Shown here one piece after another: positions 38,154 through 48,146 of a DNA stretch of 64,000 nucleotides (position 1 is its first letter; the number at the start of each line of letters is the position of its first letter). Below the pieces are notes generated by a model. It worked only from the letters and a program-made list of their open reading frames with translations. It ran no database searches and was not told the DNA's origin. The stretch lies in NCBI GenBank assembly GCA_041690295.1, contig JAWLHR010000010.1:1-64000 (forward strand), read 5' to 3'. Position numbers and translations under genes: made by a program. This DNA comes from Bdellovibrionales bacterium (GTDB lineage Bacteria > Bdellovibrionota > Bdellovibrionia > Bdellovibrionales > UBA1609).

Positions 38154-39096
38154 AGGTTTTCAATCGTTCCACGGCTTCGATGAGTTTGGTGAGGATTCCC
38201 GGTTCCTTGGCGGAATGGCCGGCATCCGGAACAATGTGCAACCGGCTTTCGGGCCACGCCCTGTGAAGGTCCCAGGCGTTTTCAACCGGACAGACGACGT
38301 CATACCGGCCGTGGATGATTTCGCAAGGGATGTGACGGATTTTATGAATGTCCTCAAGGATCTGGTTGTCGTTTCGCATCCAAATGCCATTGATGAAGTA
38401 GTGACATTCGATACGGGCGAAGGCCTCGGCGAAATGATCTTCGCCGCTATGGCGAATCATCTCGAGATCGGGAATCAGGCGTGAGGTGGCACCCTCCCAG
38501 GTCGACCAGGCCTTGGCGGCTTGGATGCGAATATCGCGGTTTTCGCTCGTGAGCCGTTTGTAATACGCCGAAACGAAATCCCCGCGCTCGTTCTCGGGAA
38601 TTGGTTTTACGTATTCCTCCCACACGTCCGGATATATGCGACTGGCGCCACTTTGGTAAAACCATTGAATTTCCTTCCTCCGGCACAGGAATATCCCGCG
38701 CAGTACGAGCGCGCTGACCCGCTCGGGATAGGTTTCGGCATAAAGAAGCGAAAGCGTGCTTCCCCAACTTCCGCCGAACACGATCCACTTTTCAATTTTA
38801 AGGTGTTGGCGCAATTTTTCAATATCGTGAATCAGATCCCAGGTCGTGTTTTCTCTCAGCTCCGCATGGGGTGTGCTTTTCCCGCAACCGCGCTGGTCGA
38901 AGAGCACCACACGAAAATATTTCGGATCGAAGTAACGGCGGTGAGAAGGTTCAATGCCGCCACCTGGACCGCCGTGAATGAAAAGCGCCGGCTTGCCGTT
39001 GGGATTGCCGACTTCTTCGTAATATATATCATGAAGATCAGAGACTTTAAGGCGTCCGGTGCTGAACGGTTCCGTTTCCGGGTAAGCTGAATACAT
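38152..39096 (-). CDS. pip: Proline iminopeptidase
   Basis: HGGPGGG, FDQRGCGKS, GGSWGS, GRYDVVCP and AGHSA motifs. Confidence 0.95.
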   Translation of the reverse strand: MYSAYPETEPFSTGRLKVSDLHDIYYEEVGNPNGKPALFIHGGPGGGIEPSHRRYFDPKYFRVVLFDQRGCGKSTPHAELRENTTWDLIHDIEKLRQHLKIEKWIVFGGSWGSTLSLLYAETYPERVSALVLRGIFLCRRKEIQWFYQSGASRIYPDVWEEYVKPIPENERGDFVSAYYKRLTSENRDIRIQAAKAWSTWEGATSRLIPDLEMIRHSGEDHFAEAFARIECHYFINGIWMRNDNQILEDIHKIRHIPCEIIHGRYDVVCPVENAWDLHRAWPESRLHIVPDAGHSAKEPGILTKLIEAVERLKT

Positions 39097-39106
39097 AATT
39101 TTCTCC

Positions 39107-40381
39107 TTAGCGTTCCAAAATGGCGGTAACACCCATACCACCGCCGGTGCAAATTGAAATCAATCCGCGACCCGAACCTTTTTCGTTCAAGATCTTGGCC
39201 AGTGACGCCACGATGCGGGCGCCGGTGGCGGCGAACGGGTGTCCTAGCGCCACGGAACCGCCTTTCACATTCAATTTTGAGCGGTCGATGGAGCCCAAAG
39301 CGTCGGCCAAACCCAGACGGTTCACGCAGAAATCCCGGCTTTCCCACGCTTTGAGCGTGCAAAGCACTTGGGCCGCGAAAGCTTCGTGAATTTCATAAAA
39401 ATCAAAATCCTGGAGTTTCAATCCCGCGCGATTCAACATCCGGGGAACGGCATAGGCCGGAGCCATCAACAATCCTTCGGCCTTGGTGAATTCCACGGCC
39501 GCCGTTTCGCTCCCTTTGAGGTAGGCGAGGATCGGCCATCCTTGTTTTTTGGCGTACTCTTCTGAAGCTAAAAGAACACAGGCGGCGCCGTCGGAAAGCG
39601 CCGAACTGTTACCCGCGGTCAAGGTTCCGCTTCCGCTGAAATCAAAGGCCGGCTTCAACTTGGCCATCTTTTCCAAAGAGGTGTCGCCACGAACATTATT
39701 GTCCTGTTTCAGCTTGGCGAACTCGATCACCAGATCCGAATAAAATCCGTCAGCCCAGGCCTTTGCGGCTTTCTGATGGCTTTCAAGCGCCAGTTGATCC
39801 TGTTCCTCGCGGGTGAGTTTCCAGTCCTTGGCCATCTTTTCACAGGACTGCCCCATGCTGAGGCCGGTGCGCGGTTCGACCACACCGGGAGTGAGCGGCT
39901 TGAGGTCTCCTGGACGAAGGTTGAGGAATTGCTTGATCCGCCCCGAAAGGGTTTTCTCCCGGTTCGCGGCCAGCATGATGCGGTTGAACTGGCGCGAGAA
40001 GACAAAGGGCAAATCGCTATTAGAGTCCACTCCGCCGGCGATGCCGGCGTCGATTTGTCCAAGGGCGATTTTGTTGGCCACGGTGATGGTGGCTTGAAGG
40101 CTTGTTCCGCAGGCTTGCACCAGATCGTACGCCGGTGTTTCCGCCGCCAAGCCTGAACCTAAAGTGCATTCGCGCGCAAAATTCCAATCGGATGAATGTT
40201 TAATGACCGCCCCAAGCGCCACTTCACCGAGTTTCTTGCCTTTTAAATTGTATTTCTCAACCAAAGCTTTAAGGCAGGCGACCATTAAATCCTGGTTCGT
40301 ATAACCCATGTAATTGGTGAATGAACGCGCGAAGGGAACGCGCTTTCCGCCGATAATGGCGACTCGATGCATTGGTGTCAT
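39107..40381 (-). CDS. Acetyl-CoA C-acyltransferase (thiolase, FadI/FadA2-like)
   Basis: QACGT, HEAFAAQ, GHPFAATG and CTGGGMG motifs. Confidence 0.93.
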   Translation of the reverse strand: MTPMHRVAIIGGKRVPFARSFTNYMGYTNQDLMVACLKALVEKYNLKGKKLGEVALGAVIKHSSDWNFARECTLGSGLAAETPAYDLVQACGTSLQATITVANKIALGQIDAGIAGGVDSNSDLPFVFSRQFNRIMLAANREKTLSGRIKQFLNLRPGDLKPLTPGVVEPRTGLSMGQSCEKMAKDWKLTREEQDQLALESHQKAAKAWADGFYSDLVIEFAKLKQDNNVRGDTSLEKMAKLKPAFDFSGSGTLTAGNSSALSDGAACVLLASEEYAKKQGWPILAYLKGSETAAVEFTKAEGLLMAPAYAVPRMLNRAGLKLQDFDFYEIHEAFAAQVLCTLKAWESRDFCVNRLGLADALGSIDRSKLNVKGGSVALGHPFAATGARIVASLAKILNEKGSGRGLISICTGGGMGVTAILER

Positions 40382-40465
40382 ATGTAAAAACCTCCGCCAA
40401 TCACGGAAGTTTCGCCTAACAGGATCACCTTTACAAGGTTTGGTGCGGGACCGTAAGCTTGAGGG

Positions 40466-42016
40466 ATGAAAACCGCTGAAGAGTTCCTACGCCAGAAGCA
40501 TTTGTTCCAACTCGGTGACCTTCCCACGGAAACTCCCCATCCGAAAACCCTGCGACTTTCCGATTGGGCCAAGAATGATTTGGATCAGGCGTTGGCCACG
40601 CTTCGAAGAGTGGATTTGGAAGCGATCGAAAAGATCGCGCGTATGAAAGCCGAACTGACAAGTTTGTTCCATGCGGTCGATGATACCTTGTCCTCGGGAA
40701 ATAAAGTGTATTTAGTCGGCTGCGGCGCCACGGGCCGCCTGTCCTTGTCGCTCGAGTACCTTTGGCGGGAAGCGTACCCGGACAAGGCCGATCAGGTCTG
40801 TGGCTTCATGGCCGGTGGCGATGTGGCGCTAGTGCACTCATTGGAAGGTTTCGAGGATTTTCCGGAATACGGCGCGCGCCATCTCATGGAGTTGGGATTC
40901 AGCGAAAATGATTTATTGATCGGATCCACCGAAGGCGGTGAGACACCTTATGTGATCGGCGCGGTCGAAAAGGCCACCGAGGTTTCAAAACGGCGCCCGC
41001 TTTTTCTTTACTGCAACACCACCCGGATTCTCATCGACAAAGTGGAACGCTCACGCCGGGTTTTAACCAATCCCGCGATCGCGTCCTATTGTCTGGAGAC
41101 CGGTCCCATGGCGTTGACCGGTAGCACGCGCATGCAGGCGAGCACGGTACTGATGTTGGTGATAGGCTTGGCTTTGGAATTCCGGCGCGATGTGGATGGG
41201 GCCTTCAAGGCGTTGGACGCGTGGTTGGACTTCCTGCGGAACGCGCAAGTGCAGCGGTTGCGTGACTTTATCGCTCTTGAGGCCACGATTTATCATTCGG
41301 GGCATAACACGCTTTACGTCACTGATGAATTCGCCATTACGGTGTTCACCGATACCACGGAACGCGCGCCCACGTTTAATTTACAGCCGTTCAACAATCC
41401 CGTTTATCCGGCGGCGCAAAACTCACTGACTTACATTTGTATAAAGGCGAAAACCGCCGAAGAGGGTTGGCGGGCTTTGCTCAATCGGGATCCGCGACCC
41501 ATTCACTGGCCGGAAACGCATGTGAAAGCCACACGCGAATATTTGTTCAGTTTTGATTTCGGCATCGGCGCCCGCGAGTTCCGTGAACGTTCGATTCCCG
41601 ATCGCGTGCACCATGAGTTCCGGATTGAACGGGATGGCCGCGACTTGGTGTTTGAATTGGCTGAATTGAAAGAAAAGTTTCCCGTGCCGGGAACTTCGAA
41701 ATTGTTTGATCACCTGACCTTGAAGCTTTGGTTGAATATCCATTCCACACTGGTGATGGGTCGCCTTGGCCGGTTCGAAGGGAATTTGATGACCTGGGTT
41801 TATCCGTCGAACGGCAAACTCATTGACCGGGCCGCCCGGTATTCGCAAATCCTCATGCGGCAGGCCGGTCTTCCCGAGGCGTCCTATGACGACATCGTTC
41901 GCGCCCAGTTCGCCGCCAAACAGGATTTAAAATCCAATGAATCGATCGTCCATAAAACGATCAAGGTGCTGACGTCCGGTCATGCCCAGGGTCCGGTGGC
42001 CCAGGCGCCGCTCTGA
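40466..42016 (+). CDS. SIS-domain protein (MurQ/glucokinase-regulator-like)
   Basis: LPTETPHP, GCGATGRLS, GGETPYVIG, TGSTRMQAST and SNGKLIDRA motifs. Confidence 0.8.
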   Translation: MKTAEEFLRQKHLFQLGDLPTETPHPKTLRLSDWAKNDLDQALATLRRVDLEAIEKIARMKAELTSLFHAVDDTLSSGNKVYLVGCGATGRLSLSLEYLWREAYPDKADQVCGFMAGGDVALVHSLEGFEDFPEYGARHLMELGFSENDLLIGSTEGGETPYVIGAVEKATEVSKRRPLFLYCNTTRILIDKVERSRRVLTNPAIASYCLETGPMALTGSTRMQASTVLMLVIGLALEFRRDVDGAFKALDAWLDFLRNAQVQRLRDFIALEATIYHSGHNTLYVTDEFAITVFTDTTERAPTFNLQPFNNPVYPAAQNSLTYICIKAKTAEEGWRALLNRDPRPIHWPETHVKATREYLFSFDFGIGAREFRERSIPDRVHHEFRIERDGRDLVFELAELKEKFPVPGTSKLFDHLTLKLWLNIHSTLVMGRLGRFEGNLMTWVYPSNGKLIDRAARYSQILMRQAGLPEASYDDIVRAQFAAKQDLKSNESIVHKTIKVLTSGHAQGPVAQAPL

Positions 42017-42022
42017 CCGAAA

Positions 42023-42448
42023 TCACCGCGGCTTCGGGAAAGAAACGATATAACGAAAAACTCGATCCCCCGCCGAGTAATGAGAAGCTTTAAAAGTCTC
42101 GATCTTTTCAGCTATGCACGAGATCAAGCGTCCTGAGTTCATTGAACCGAACACGTCGGCCGTGACGTTGCGGAACCGACCTTCTTTGTCCACTGAGAAA
42201 TAGAAGATGGCCTGAACTCTCCCGGTCTCTTTTTCGTAACAGGCATCGAGTTTTTCCTGATGAGAGGAAACGACGCCAATAACTTCCTCTTCGCGCGCTC
42301 TGTCCCCATTTTCGACCAGGTGCCCGGTCATTTGAAGGATTTTGAGATCATCAAAGTAGTCACCATTGAAGTGGTAGGCTCCGATCTCGGCCAACGCGAG
42401 AGAGGGCAGGAATAATAAAATATACATCCATGTAAAAACCGTTTTCAC
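42023..42448 (-). CDS. Secreted hypothetical protein (AgmX/PglI C-terminal-like)
   Basis: Signal peptide; LDACYE...GRV...LISCI pattern; GGAGAG RBS before the GTG. Confidence 0.55.
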   Translation of the reverse strand: MKTVFTWMYILLFLPSLALAEIGAYHFNGDYFDDLKILQMTGHLVENGDRAREEEVIGVVSSHQEKLDACYEKETGRVQAIFYFSVDKEGRFRNVTADVFGSMNSGRLISCIAEKIETFKASHYSAGDRVFRYIVSFPKPR

Positions 42449-42545
42449 TTTTCGCTCTCCTCCGGCTCTCTGTTTCAAAAATCACGTTTGACAGTTCAGT
42501 TTCCATGCCAGAGGAGCGACCAATCGGATTGTTTGGTGGGGTGGT

Positions 42546-44114
42546 TTACCGCGCGAACTCGACCGCTTGGGTTTCCCGCACGACGGTGACTTTGATCAGG
42601 CCTGGGTAGTTGAGCTCTTGCTCAATTTTCTGCGCGATTTGCTTTGAGAGTTGCAGGGCTTTGTGATCGTCCACTCTTTGGCCGTCGACCAGGACGCGGA
42701 CTTCGCGACCGGCGCTCAAGATGTAGGTGGCCACGACGCCTTCAAAACCGCTGCCGATTTTTTCGAGGTCGGCCATTTTCTGCGTGTACGAATCCATGGT
42801 CGAGCGCCGCGCTCCGGGCCGCGCGCCAGAAAGCGCGTCCGCGGCGATCGTTAAAAACGCGAGATCCGTGCTCGGCGTTTCATCATAGTGGTGCGCGCGG
42901 ACGGCATGAACGATCTCGGGCCGCTCACCGTGTTTTTCGATGAAGTCGGCGCCGATCACGGCGTGACCGCCTTCGCGGGAGTGATCCATGGCTTTGCCGA
43001 TATCATGTAAAAGACCCGCGCGCCGGCCATCGGGGATGTTCTGGCCGAGCTCCGCGCTCAGCAGCCCACAGAGCCAGCCCACTTCCGCCACATGGAAGTA
43101 CTGGTTTTGAGCGAATGAATAACGATAGCGAAGGGCGCCCAACATCGATCGCACATCTTCGTGAAGATCATGAATCTTCAACTCCTTGGCGATGCGATTG
43201 CCATCGGTGAGAATTTTTTTGAACAGCGCTTTTTTGCAGCGGTCGTGAATGTCATCGATGATTTTTTCGTTCAGTTGGCGCTGCTTGGATGCGGCCTCCA
43301 GAACGGCGCGCCCCAATTCGCGGCGGACCGGATCGAATCCCATGATCGTGGCGCTCTGGTAGGTCTCGTTGTAAACGATGTCCACGCCGCAAAGCTTTTC
43401 GATTTTTTTGACGAAGACGTTGTCCGGTCCGTAGGTGCGCTTTTTATGTTCCTCGGACTCAAAGTTCACGTTGCCGATTCCGCGCTCGGGACAATAGGGG
43501 CGCGCGAAACGGTTCAGCGCGATGTGAATGATTTTTTTCGCGTCCCGCTCGGCATTGAGTTGCATTTCATGTTCCAGGTCCTGGGCGGTGCGGGTGGCGT
43601 GGGTGCGAACTTCTTGTTCGAACTGATTTTGAATTTGTTTTTTCAGTTCGGCCTCGTCCACCGAGGACCGTTGGCGGGCTTCCGCCAATAACCGCTTTTG
43701 AATTTCCGCGGCTTTGTTGCGAAGCTGATTCACGCGGTTTTCGAAATTACGAACGCGTTGCCATTTGGAGTTCAAGGCTTGCGCGCGGCGATTGAGCGCC
43801 TGCTCACGCGTGCTGACCATATCGCGGAATTTCAATTCCTTTTCCGCGATCTCGTCTTCGCGGTCTTCATTCCTGAGGACCAGTTTGCGCGTTTCCCGTT
43901 CAAATCGCTCGTAAGCGCTTTCGCGATAATCCTCGATTTGAAGCTTAAGTTCTTCCTCTTGCGCTTCCACATCCTTTTTCGCGCTTTCGATCATTTCGGC
44001 GGCTTCTCTTGAAGCCCATCTCAGTTCGCGACGCCGGTTGAGCCAGAGCACGAGACCCATGATGAGCCCGCCGGCCAAGAGTCCAGATGTGAATGAAAAA
44101 ATGGGCATATCCAT
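42546..44114 (-). CDS. rny: Ribonuclease Y-like protein
   Basis: TM anchor and coiled coil; FDPVRRE, GLLHDIGKA, ADALSGARPGARR and AGREVRV motifs. Confidence 0.9.
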   Translation of the reverse strand: MDMPIFSFTSGLLAGGLIMGLVLWLNRRRELRWASREAAEMIESAKKDVEAQEEELKLQIEDYRESAYERFERETRKLVLRNEDREDEIAEKELKFRDMVSTREQALNRRAQALNSKWQRVRNFENRVNQLRNKAAEIQKRLLAEARQRSSVDEAELKKQIQNQFEQEVRTHATRTAQDLEHEMQLNAERDAKKIIHIALNRFARPYCPERGIGNVNFESEEHKKRTYGPDNVFVKKIEKLCGVDIVYNETYQSATIMGFDPVRRELGRAVLEAASKQRQLNEKIIDDIHDRCKKALFKKILTDGNRIAKELKIHDLHEDVRSMLGALRYRYSFAQNQYFHVAEVGWLCGLLSAELGQNIPDGRRAGLLHDIGKAMDHSREGGHAVIGADFIEKHGERPEIVHAVRAHHYDETPSTDLAFLTIAADALSGARPGARRSTMDSYTQKMADLEKIGSGFEGVVATYILSAGREVRVLVDGQRVDDHKALQLSKQIAQKIEQELNYPGLIKVTVVRETQAVEFAR

Positions 44115-44176
44115 CAGCGCTCCAAGCTATCACCTTGCGGGCCCTTTCAGAATCTACGCCGGATAGCGTCAATCAC

Positions 44177-44204
44177 TCAAATCGAAGGGTGGGTGTGCCG
44201 ATAG
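44177..44204 (+). promoter_or_regulatory. Putative sigma28/FliA promoter
   Basis: TCAAA-N15-GCCGATAG upstream of 44230. Confidence 0.55.
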
Positions 44205-44229
44205 AAAAAGGCGAGGGTTTAAAGATTCC

Positions 44230-45381
44230 ATGGAGAACACGAAGAAGCTCAAAAGAGGGGAAGTTCTCTTTAAAGAAGGGGAAACTCCCACCGCCATCTA
44301 TCTGATTCAGCAGGGTAAGATCGCTTTAATGCATGAGCGTTCCGGAAAAAACCTGGAAGTCGCCGTGCTTGGGCCTTCGCAGGTGCTCGGGGAGCACGCT
44401 CTTTTTTCCAGCATGGCCAAACATGAGTACCGGGCCGAGGCGCTTCAGGAGACCAAGGTTTTGGAAGTGCCGATCGAGATCATGAAGCAGCAGTTTGAAA
44501 AGTGCCCGCCGGGAATCAAGCTCATGGTGAAGAGCGCGAGCGATGAAGTGAAGGCCATGCGCAAGCAGGCCAAAATGGCCAAAATGGAAACGGAAAAGGC
44601 GGCCTGCCCGCAAGGTTTGATTCACCGGATCTTCACCGAAATCCATTTGATCGCCCGACACATCGGCAAAAAATCTCCGGACAATCCAAATGAAATCAAA
44701 GTGGCGTGGAACGCTTTGAAGCTTTACGCCAGCCGCTTCTTCGGTGAATCACCGCCGCGCCTTCGCGGGGTCATGGATCTTCTCGCCAAGCTGAAGTACG
44801 CCGAACTGGTGATGGGTAAACCGGAAGACAGTGAAGGCGAAGAAGACCTGATCGACGTGAAGTTCTTAAATGTGCAGCTCTTCGAGGATTTCGCCGAGTT
44901 TTTTCAATATCACCTCTTTAAGGGCAGCCGCGCCGAAGCCATTTTCGTGGATCCACTGGCTTTGAAGGTGGCCAAGGCTTTCGCCGAGCTCTCCGAAGGC
45001 GCCGAGGTGGATCATAAAGGCGCCTCGAAGCTGGAATGGTCCCAGGTGCTCGCGGAATGCAAATCCAAATACCGGATCGATCTTAAAAACACGCACCTGG
45101 ACGCGCTTGAGAAAAAAGGGTTGTTCGTCAAACGGCAGAGTTTCGATGACGGCCGCTTACAACTTTCCTTTGACCGCAACGAGTTCGTGCGAATGGCCGA
45201 GTTCTGGTCGATCATTCATGAAATCGACAAGTGGAATGAGAAGGGCTTCGTCGATATGAATGAAAAAGAGGAAGTCGTGGCCGGCGACGGAAACTCCTGT
45301 CCGCAATGTCAGGGTCCGATCGCGGAAACCCACAAGTTCTGCCCGAACTGCGGCGCGAAGATCGAAACAGCGGCCGCTTAA
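44230..45381 (+). CDS. cNMP-binding (Crp-like) protein with C-terminal zinc ribbon
   Basis: LFKEGE..IYLIQQG and VLGEHAL motifs; CPQC...FCPNCG. Confidence 0.8.
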   Translation: MENTKKLKRGEVLFKEGETPTAIYLIQQGKIALMHERSGKNLEVAVLGPSQVLGEHALFSSMAKHEYRAEALQETKVLEVPIEIMKQQFEKCPPGIKLMVKSASDEVKAMRKQAKMAKMETEKAACPQGLIHRIFTEIHLIARHIGKKSPDNPNEIKVAWNALKLYASRFFGESPPRLRGVMDLLAKLKYAELVMGKPEDSEGEEDLIDVKFLNVQLFEDFAEFFQYHLFKGSRAEAIFVDPLALKVAKAFAELSEGAEVDHKGASKLEWSQVLAECKSKYRIDLKNTHLDALEKKGLFVKRQSFDDGRLQLSFDRNEFVRMAEFWSIIHEIDKWNEKGFVDMNEKEEVVAGDGNSCPQCQGPIAETHKFCPNCGAKIETAAA

Positions 45382-45388
45382 AGCGCGC

Positions 45389-47440
45389 TCACTCTTTGTG
45401 CTTCTGTTGAGCGTAGTTTTCCCGGATCCAAGTGCGCGCGTACTTCAAAAACGCGTCGTTGATCCCGAAGTAAGTGGCGTAAACCAGATAACCGCCATCG
45501 GGGTGTTCTTTGCAGTGATAGACCCTGGCGGCCAAACACTGGTTCGGGGCGTTGTCGTAAATCGACTTGCGCAGATAAAACGTGGAGCCGGGAACGAGTT
45601 TTTGCGGACTGCGAATGGTCGCCCCGAATTCGCTGAGCGCTTCCAGCTCCAGCTTTTTCGCCACGTGAACCGATAAGTTCGGCTGGCTCCAACCCAGATT
45701 GTTGAAGGTGTAAAGGGTGTTCTTGTTCGGCAGGATTTCCGAGAGAAAATAAAGCATCTGCCTTGAATCCACCGGTTTGATGAACATTCCCAGAATGTCC
45801 GGAGCGTTCATCCACTTGTCCAAATCGCGGGGTTCCTGATCGGCGATGATCAGGAACTTCAGTTGCTCCGGATTTTTCACGAGATTCAATTTGAACGCGC
45901 GGGCGCGAAGGTTTTCCACCCAAGTGTTCGGATCCTCCGATACGAAACTCATGTTCACGATCATCAGATCCAACGTGGGATTGGTGTCCTCTTGGGTCAC
46001 CTGTTCAACAATATCACCCAATCCCGCTGGCAGTAGTTCAACGGTGACGATATGGTCGGCGCTGCTCTTATAGGCCTTCATTTTCACGGCGCGACCGACG
46101 TTCGAACTGTCTTGCATGATCAGAAGTTTTTCCATCACGCGCCCCTCGCTGGCGAGGTTGATGGATTCTTCCACGAGCAGCCGGGACGATTGATCCTGCA
46201 AGAGGGAAAGATAGCCTTCCGGCGAACTGAAGATCGCGGAAGCTTGGTGGCCGAGAAAGAGGTCGGTTTCATTGGGGCCCGGGTCCACGCTCAAGCATTT
46301 AAGATCTTCCACCGCGATCGATAAAGACAAAGGACTGTTATAGAAGTCCGCCTCTTCCGTGGGTTTGGGCGGATCGGATTTATTCAAGCTTCCGGCGGGG
46401 CTGAAGTACTTGTACAGAAAAATCGAGTACGAGGTTTCACCGATGATATGCAACCGGTCCATTTCTTTGGTGAGTTGCTGGCCGAGAGGGATGATGGCCG
46501 ATTCTTCCGGATCGATGATGGCCAAGTTGAATTCCGCTTGTTCCTCGGGCGACAAAAACAAATTGGTTGGATCAAAGCGCACCACTTCACGGTCTTCATT
46601 CTTCAAGCTTTGGTAACGGGGCGCCTTCGAGAGCTGGCGGCGGATCTGGGTAAGGGCGCTTTTGGAAAGACCGAAAAAGCCGAAGTAAACGATGTACTGG
46701 CCCGGATAATCAGGGTGGGGATCGGAACGAATCACCTTGCCGCGAAGCTCGAGACGATTTTTATCGCCGGGCAGTTGAACGTAGAATTTGGCCGGAAGCC
46801 CGCGCACGAGGGGAACCGGATTGCGAATCCCCATGGCCACATCGCTTAGGCGGTCCAGTTTGGCGATTTTGGAAATTTCAATCTGGTGTTTGACTTCCTG
46901 ATTGAAGAGATAGCTTGGCGTGGCCAGGCTCGGCAGGGCGAGAAGGATCTCCATTTTTTGCAAAAAGATGAGCCGGTCCAAGGGGAGATAAATGAGATCG
47001 TCCAGCGCCGGATGAAGCAGATCCAGCTTGTTGATGCCGTCGTCTTCGTACTTCAGAAGAACCCAGCGCTGTTGGCCGTTTTCCGGCCAGTGTTTGTATT
47101 TTTTCAAATTCGTCCGGACTTTATCGATCCAGGCCGCGGGTTTTTCTTTCACCGAGTCCAGGGCGAAGATGACCATGTGAACGTCTCTAAATAAGCGCAG
47201 TTCGATTTCTTCCGGGCCACTTGGCTCGGGGGGCTTGCTCCCTTCGGGCGGTGGCGCGGCGTTAGGATCGCCTGGCTCCGGCTCGGATTTCTTTGTGGGA
47301 TCCTTGAAATAAAGGGCCTCGAATTCTTCGACCCGACTGAATGTGGCGAAACGAAGATCTCCCGTGTCGAGCTCGTTCAAATATTGCTCGATTTGTCGGC
47401 GAACCCGATCGTCTTTAACGACGGCCACGACATTTGGCAC
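45389..47440 (-). CDS. Multidomain protein with degenerate receiver and PilZ-like modules
   Basis: Two similar halves (DDLIYLPLD/GMFIKPVD; LDRLSDVAM/LEALSEFGA; HPDYPGQYIVYFGFFG/HPDGGYLVYATYFG). Confidence 0.55.
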   Translation of the reverse strand: MPNVVAVVKDDRVRRQIEQYLNELDTGDLRFATFSRVEEFEALYFKDPTKKSEPEPGDPNAAPPPEGSKPPEPSGPEEIELRLFRDVHMVIFALDSVKEKPAAWIDKVRTNLKKYKHWPENGQQRWVLLKYEDDGINKLDLLHPALDDLIYLPLDRLIFLQKMEILLALPSLATPSYLFNQEVKHQIEISKIAKLDRLSDVAMGIRNPVPLVRGLPAKFYVQLPGDKNRLELRGKVIRSDPHPDYPGQYIVYFGFFGLSKSALTQIRRQLSKAPRYQSLKNEDREVVRFDPTNLFLSPEEQAEFNLAIIDPEESAIIPLGQQLTKEMDRLHIIGETSYSIFLYKYFSPAGSLNKSDPPKPTEEADFYNSPLSLSIAVEDLKCLSVDPGPNETDLFLGHQASAIFSSPEGYLSLLQDQSSRLLVEESINLASEGRVMEKLLIMQDSSNVGRAVKMKAYKSSADHIVTVELLPAGLGDIVEQVTQEDTNPTLDLMIVNMSFVSEDPNTWVENLRARAFKLNLVKNPEQLKFLIIADQEPRDLDKWMNAPDILGMFIKPVDSRQMLYFLSEILPNKNTLYTFNNLGWSQPNLSVHVAKKLELEALSEFGATIRSPQKLVPGSTFYLRKSIYDNAPNQCLAARVYHCKEHPDGGYLVYATYFGINDAFLKYARTWIRENYAQQKHKE

Positions 47441-47498
47441 CGAAGACCTCTTCTATATATGACCCCAATTTTAATTACACGTCATATCACGAGGCGCT

Positions 47499-48092
47499 TC
47501 AAGGGTAGAGTCGGCGGAAGGTCCAGGTGTGATCGGATTTTTCGAACTCGAATCGATCGTGCAAACGTCCAGGTTGCGCGATCCAAAACTCAATGGATTT
47601 TGGTTTGATGAGATAACCACCCCAATGGTCAGGGCAAGGGATCTCTTGACCGGCGAAATTCTTTTCCGCCTCGCTCGCGAGCTTTTCCAACTCTTCTCTT
47701 GAACCCACGACTTCAGATTGCTGGGAAACGTATTGGCTGATCTGGCTTTCACGCGGCCGACTTTTCCAATAGGCGCGGGATTGCTCCGCCGGGACTTTTT
47801 CAACCCGACCCGTGATGCGGATTTGTCGGCCCAGCTGATCCCAATAAAAAACCGCGCTGCAGTGGGGATTGCGGTCGAGTTCGCGGCCTTTGCGGCTCAA
47901 GTAGTTCGTGTAAAAAACAAACCCCTCTTCCGACCAGGATTTGCAGAGCACGATTCGGTTCTGAACACCGCCGTCCAGCGCGACGGTGGCCAAGGCCATG
48001 GCCGTCGCCTCGCGAATTCCCGGATGGGTGGCCGCCTCGTGGAGCCAGCGAGAGAACAGCTCAATGGGGTTTGTACGCGCCGAGATTTCCAT
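47499..48092 (-). CDS. pdxH: Pyridoxamine 5'-phosphate oxidase
   Basis: RIVLCK, FYTNYLSRKG, SRPRESQ and IEFW....RLHDR motifs. Confidence 0.95.
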   Translation of the reverse strand: MEISARTNPIELFSRWLHEAATHPGIREATAMALATVALDGGVQNRIVLCKSWSEEGFVFYTNYLSRKGRELDRNPHCSAVFYWDQLGRQIRITGRVEKVPAEQSRAYWKSRPRESQISQYVSQQSEVVGSREELEKLASEAEKNFAGQEIPCPDHWGGYLIKPKSIEFWIAQPGRLHDRFEFEKSDHTWTFRRLYP

Positions 48093-48146
48093 TGGCTCAT
48101 AGATGGCAGTTTGGTTAACTAATGTCATCCATTGGGAGGATGAGCC

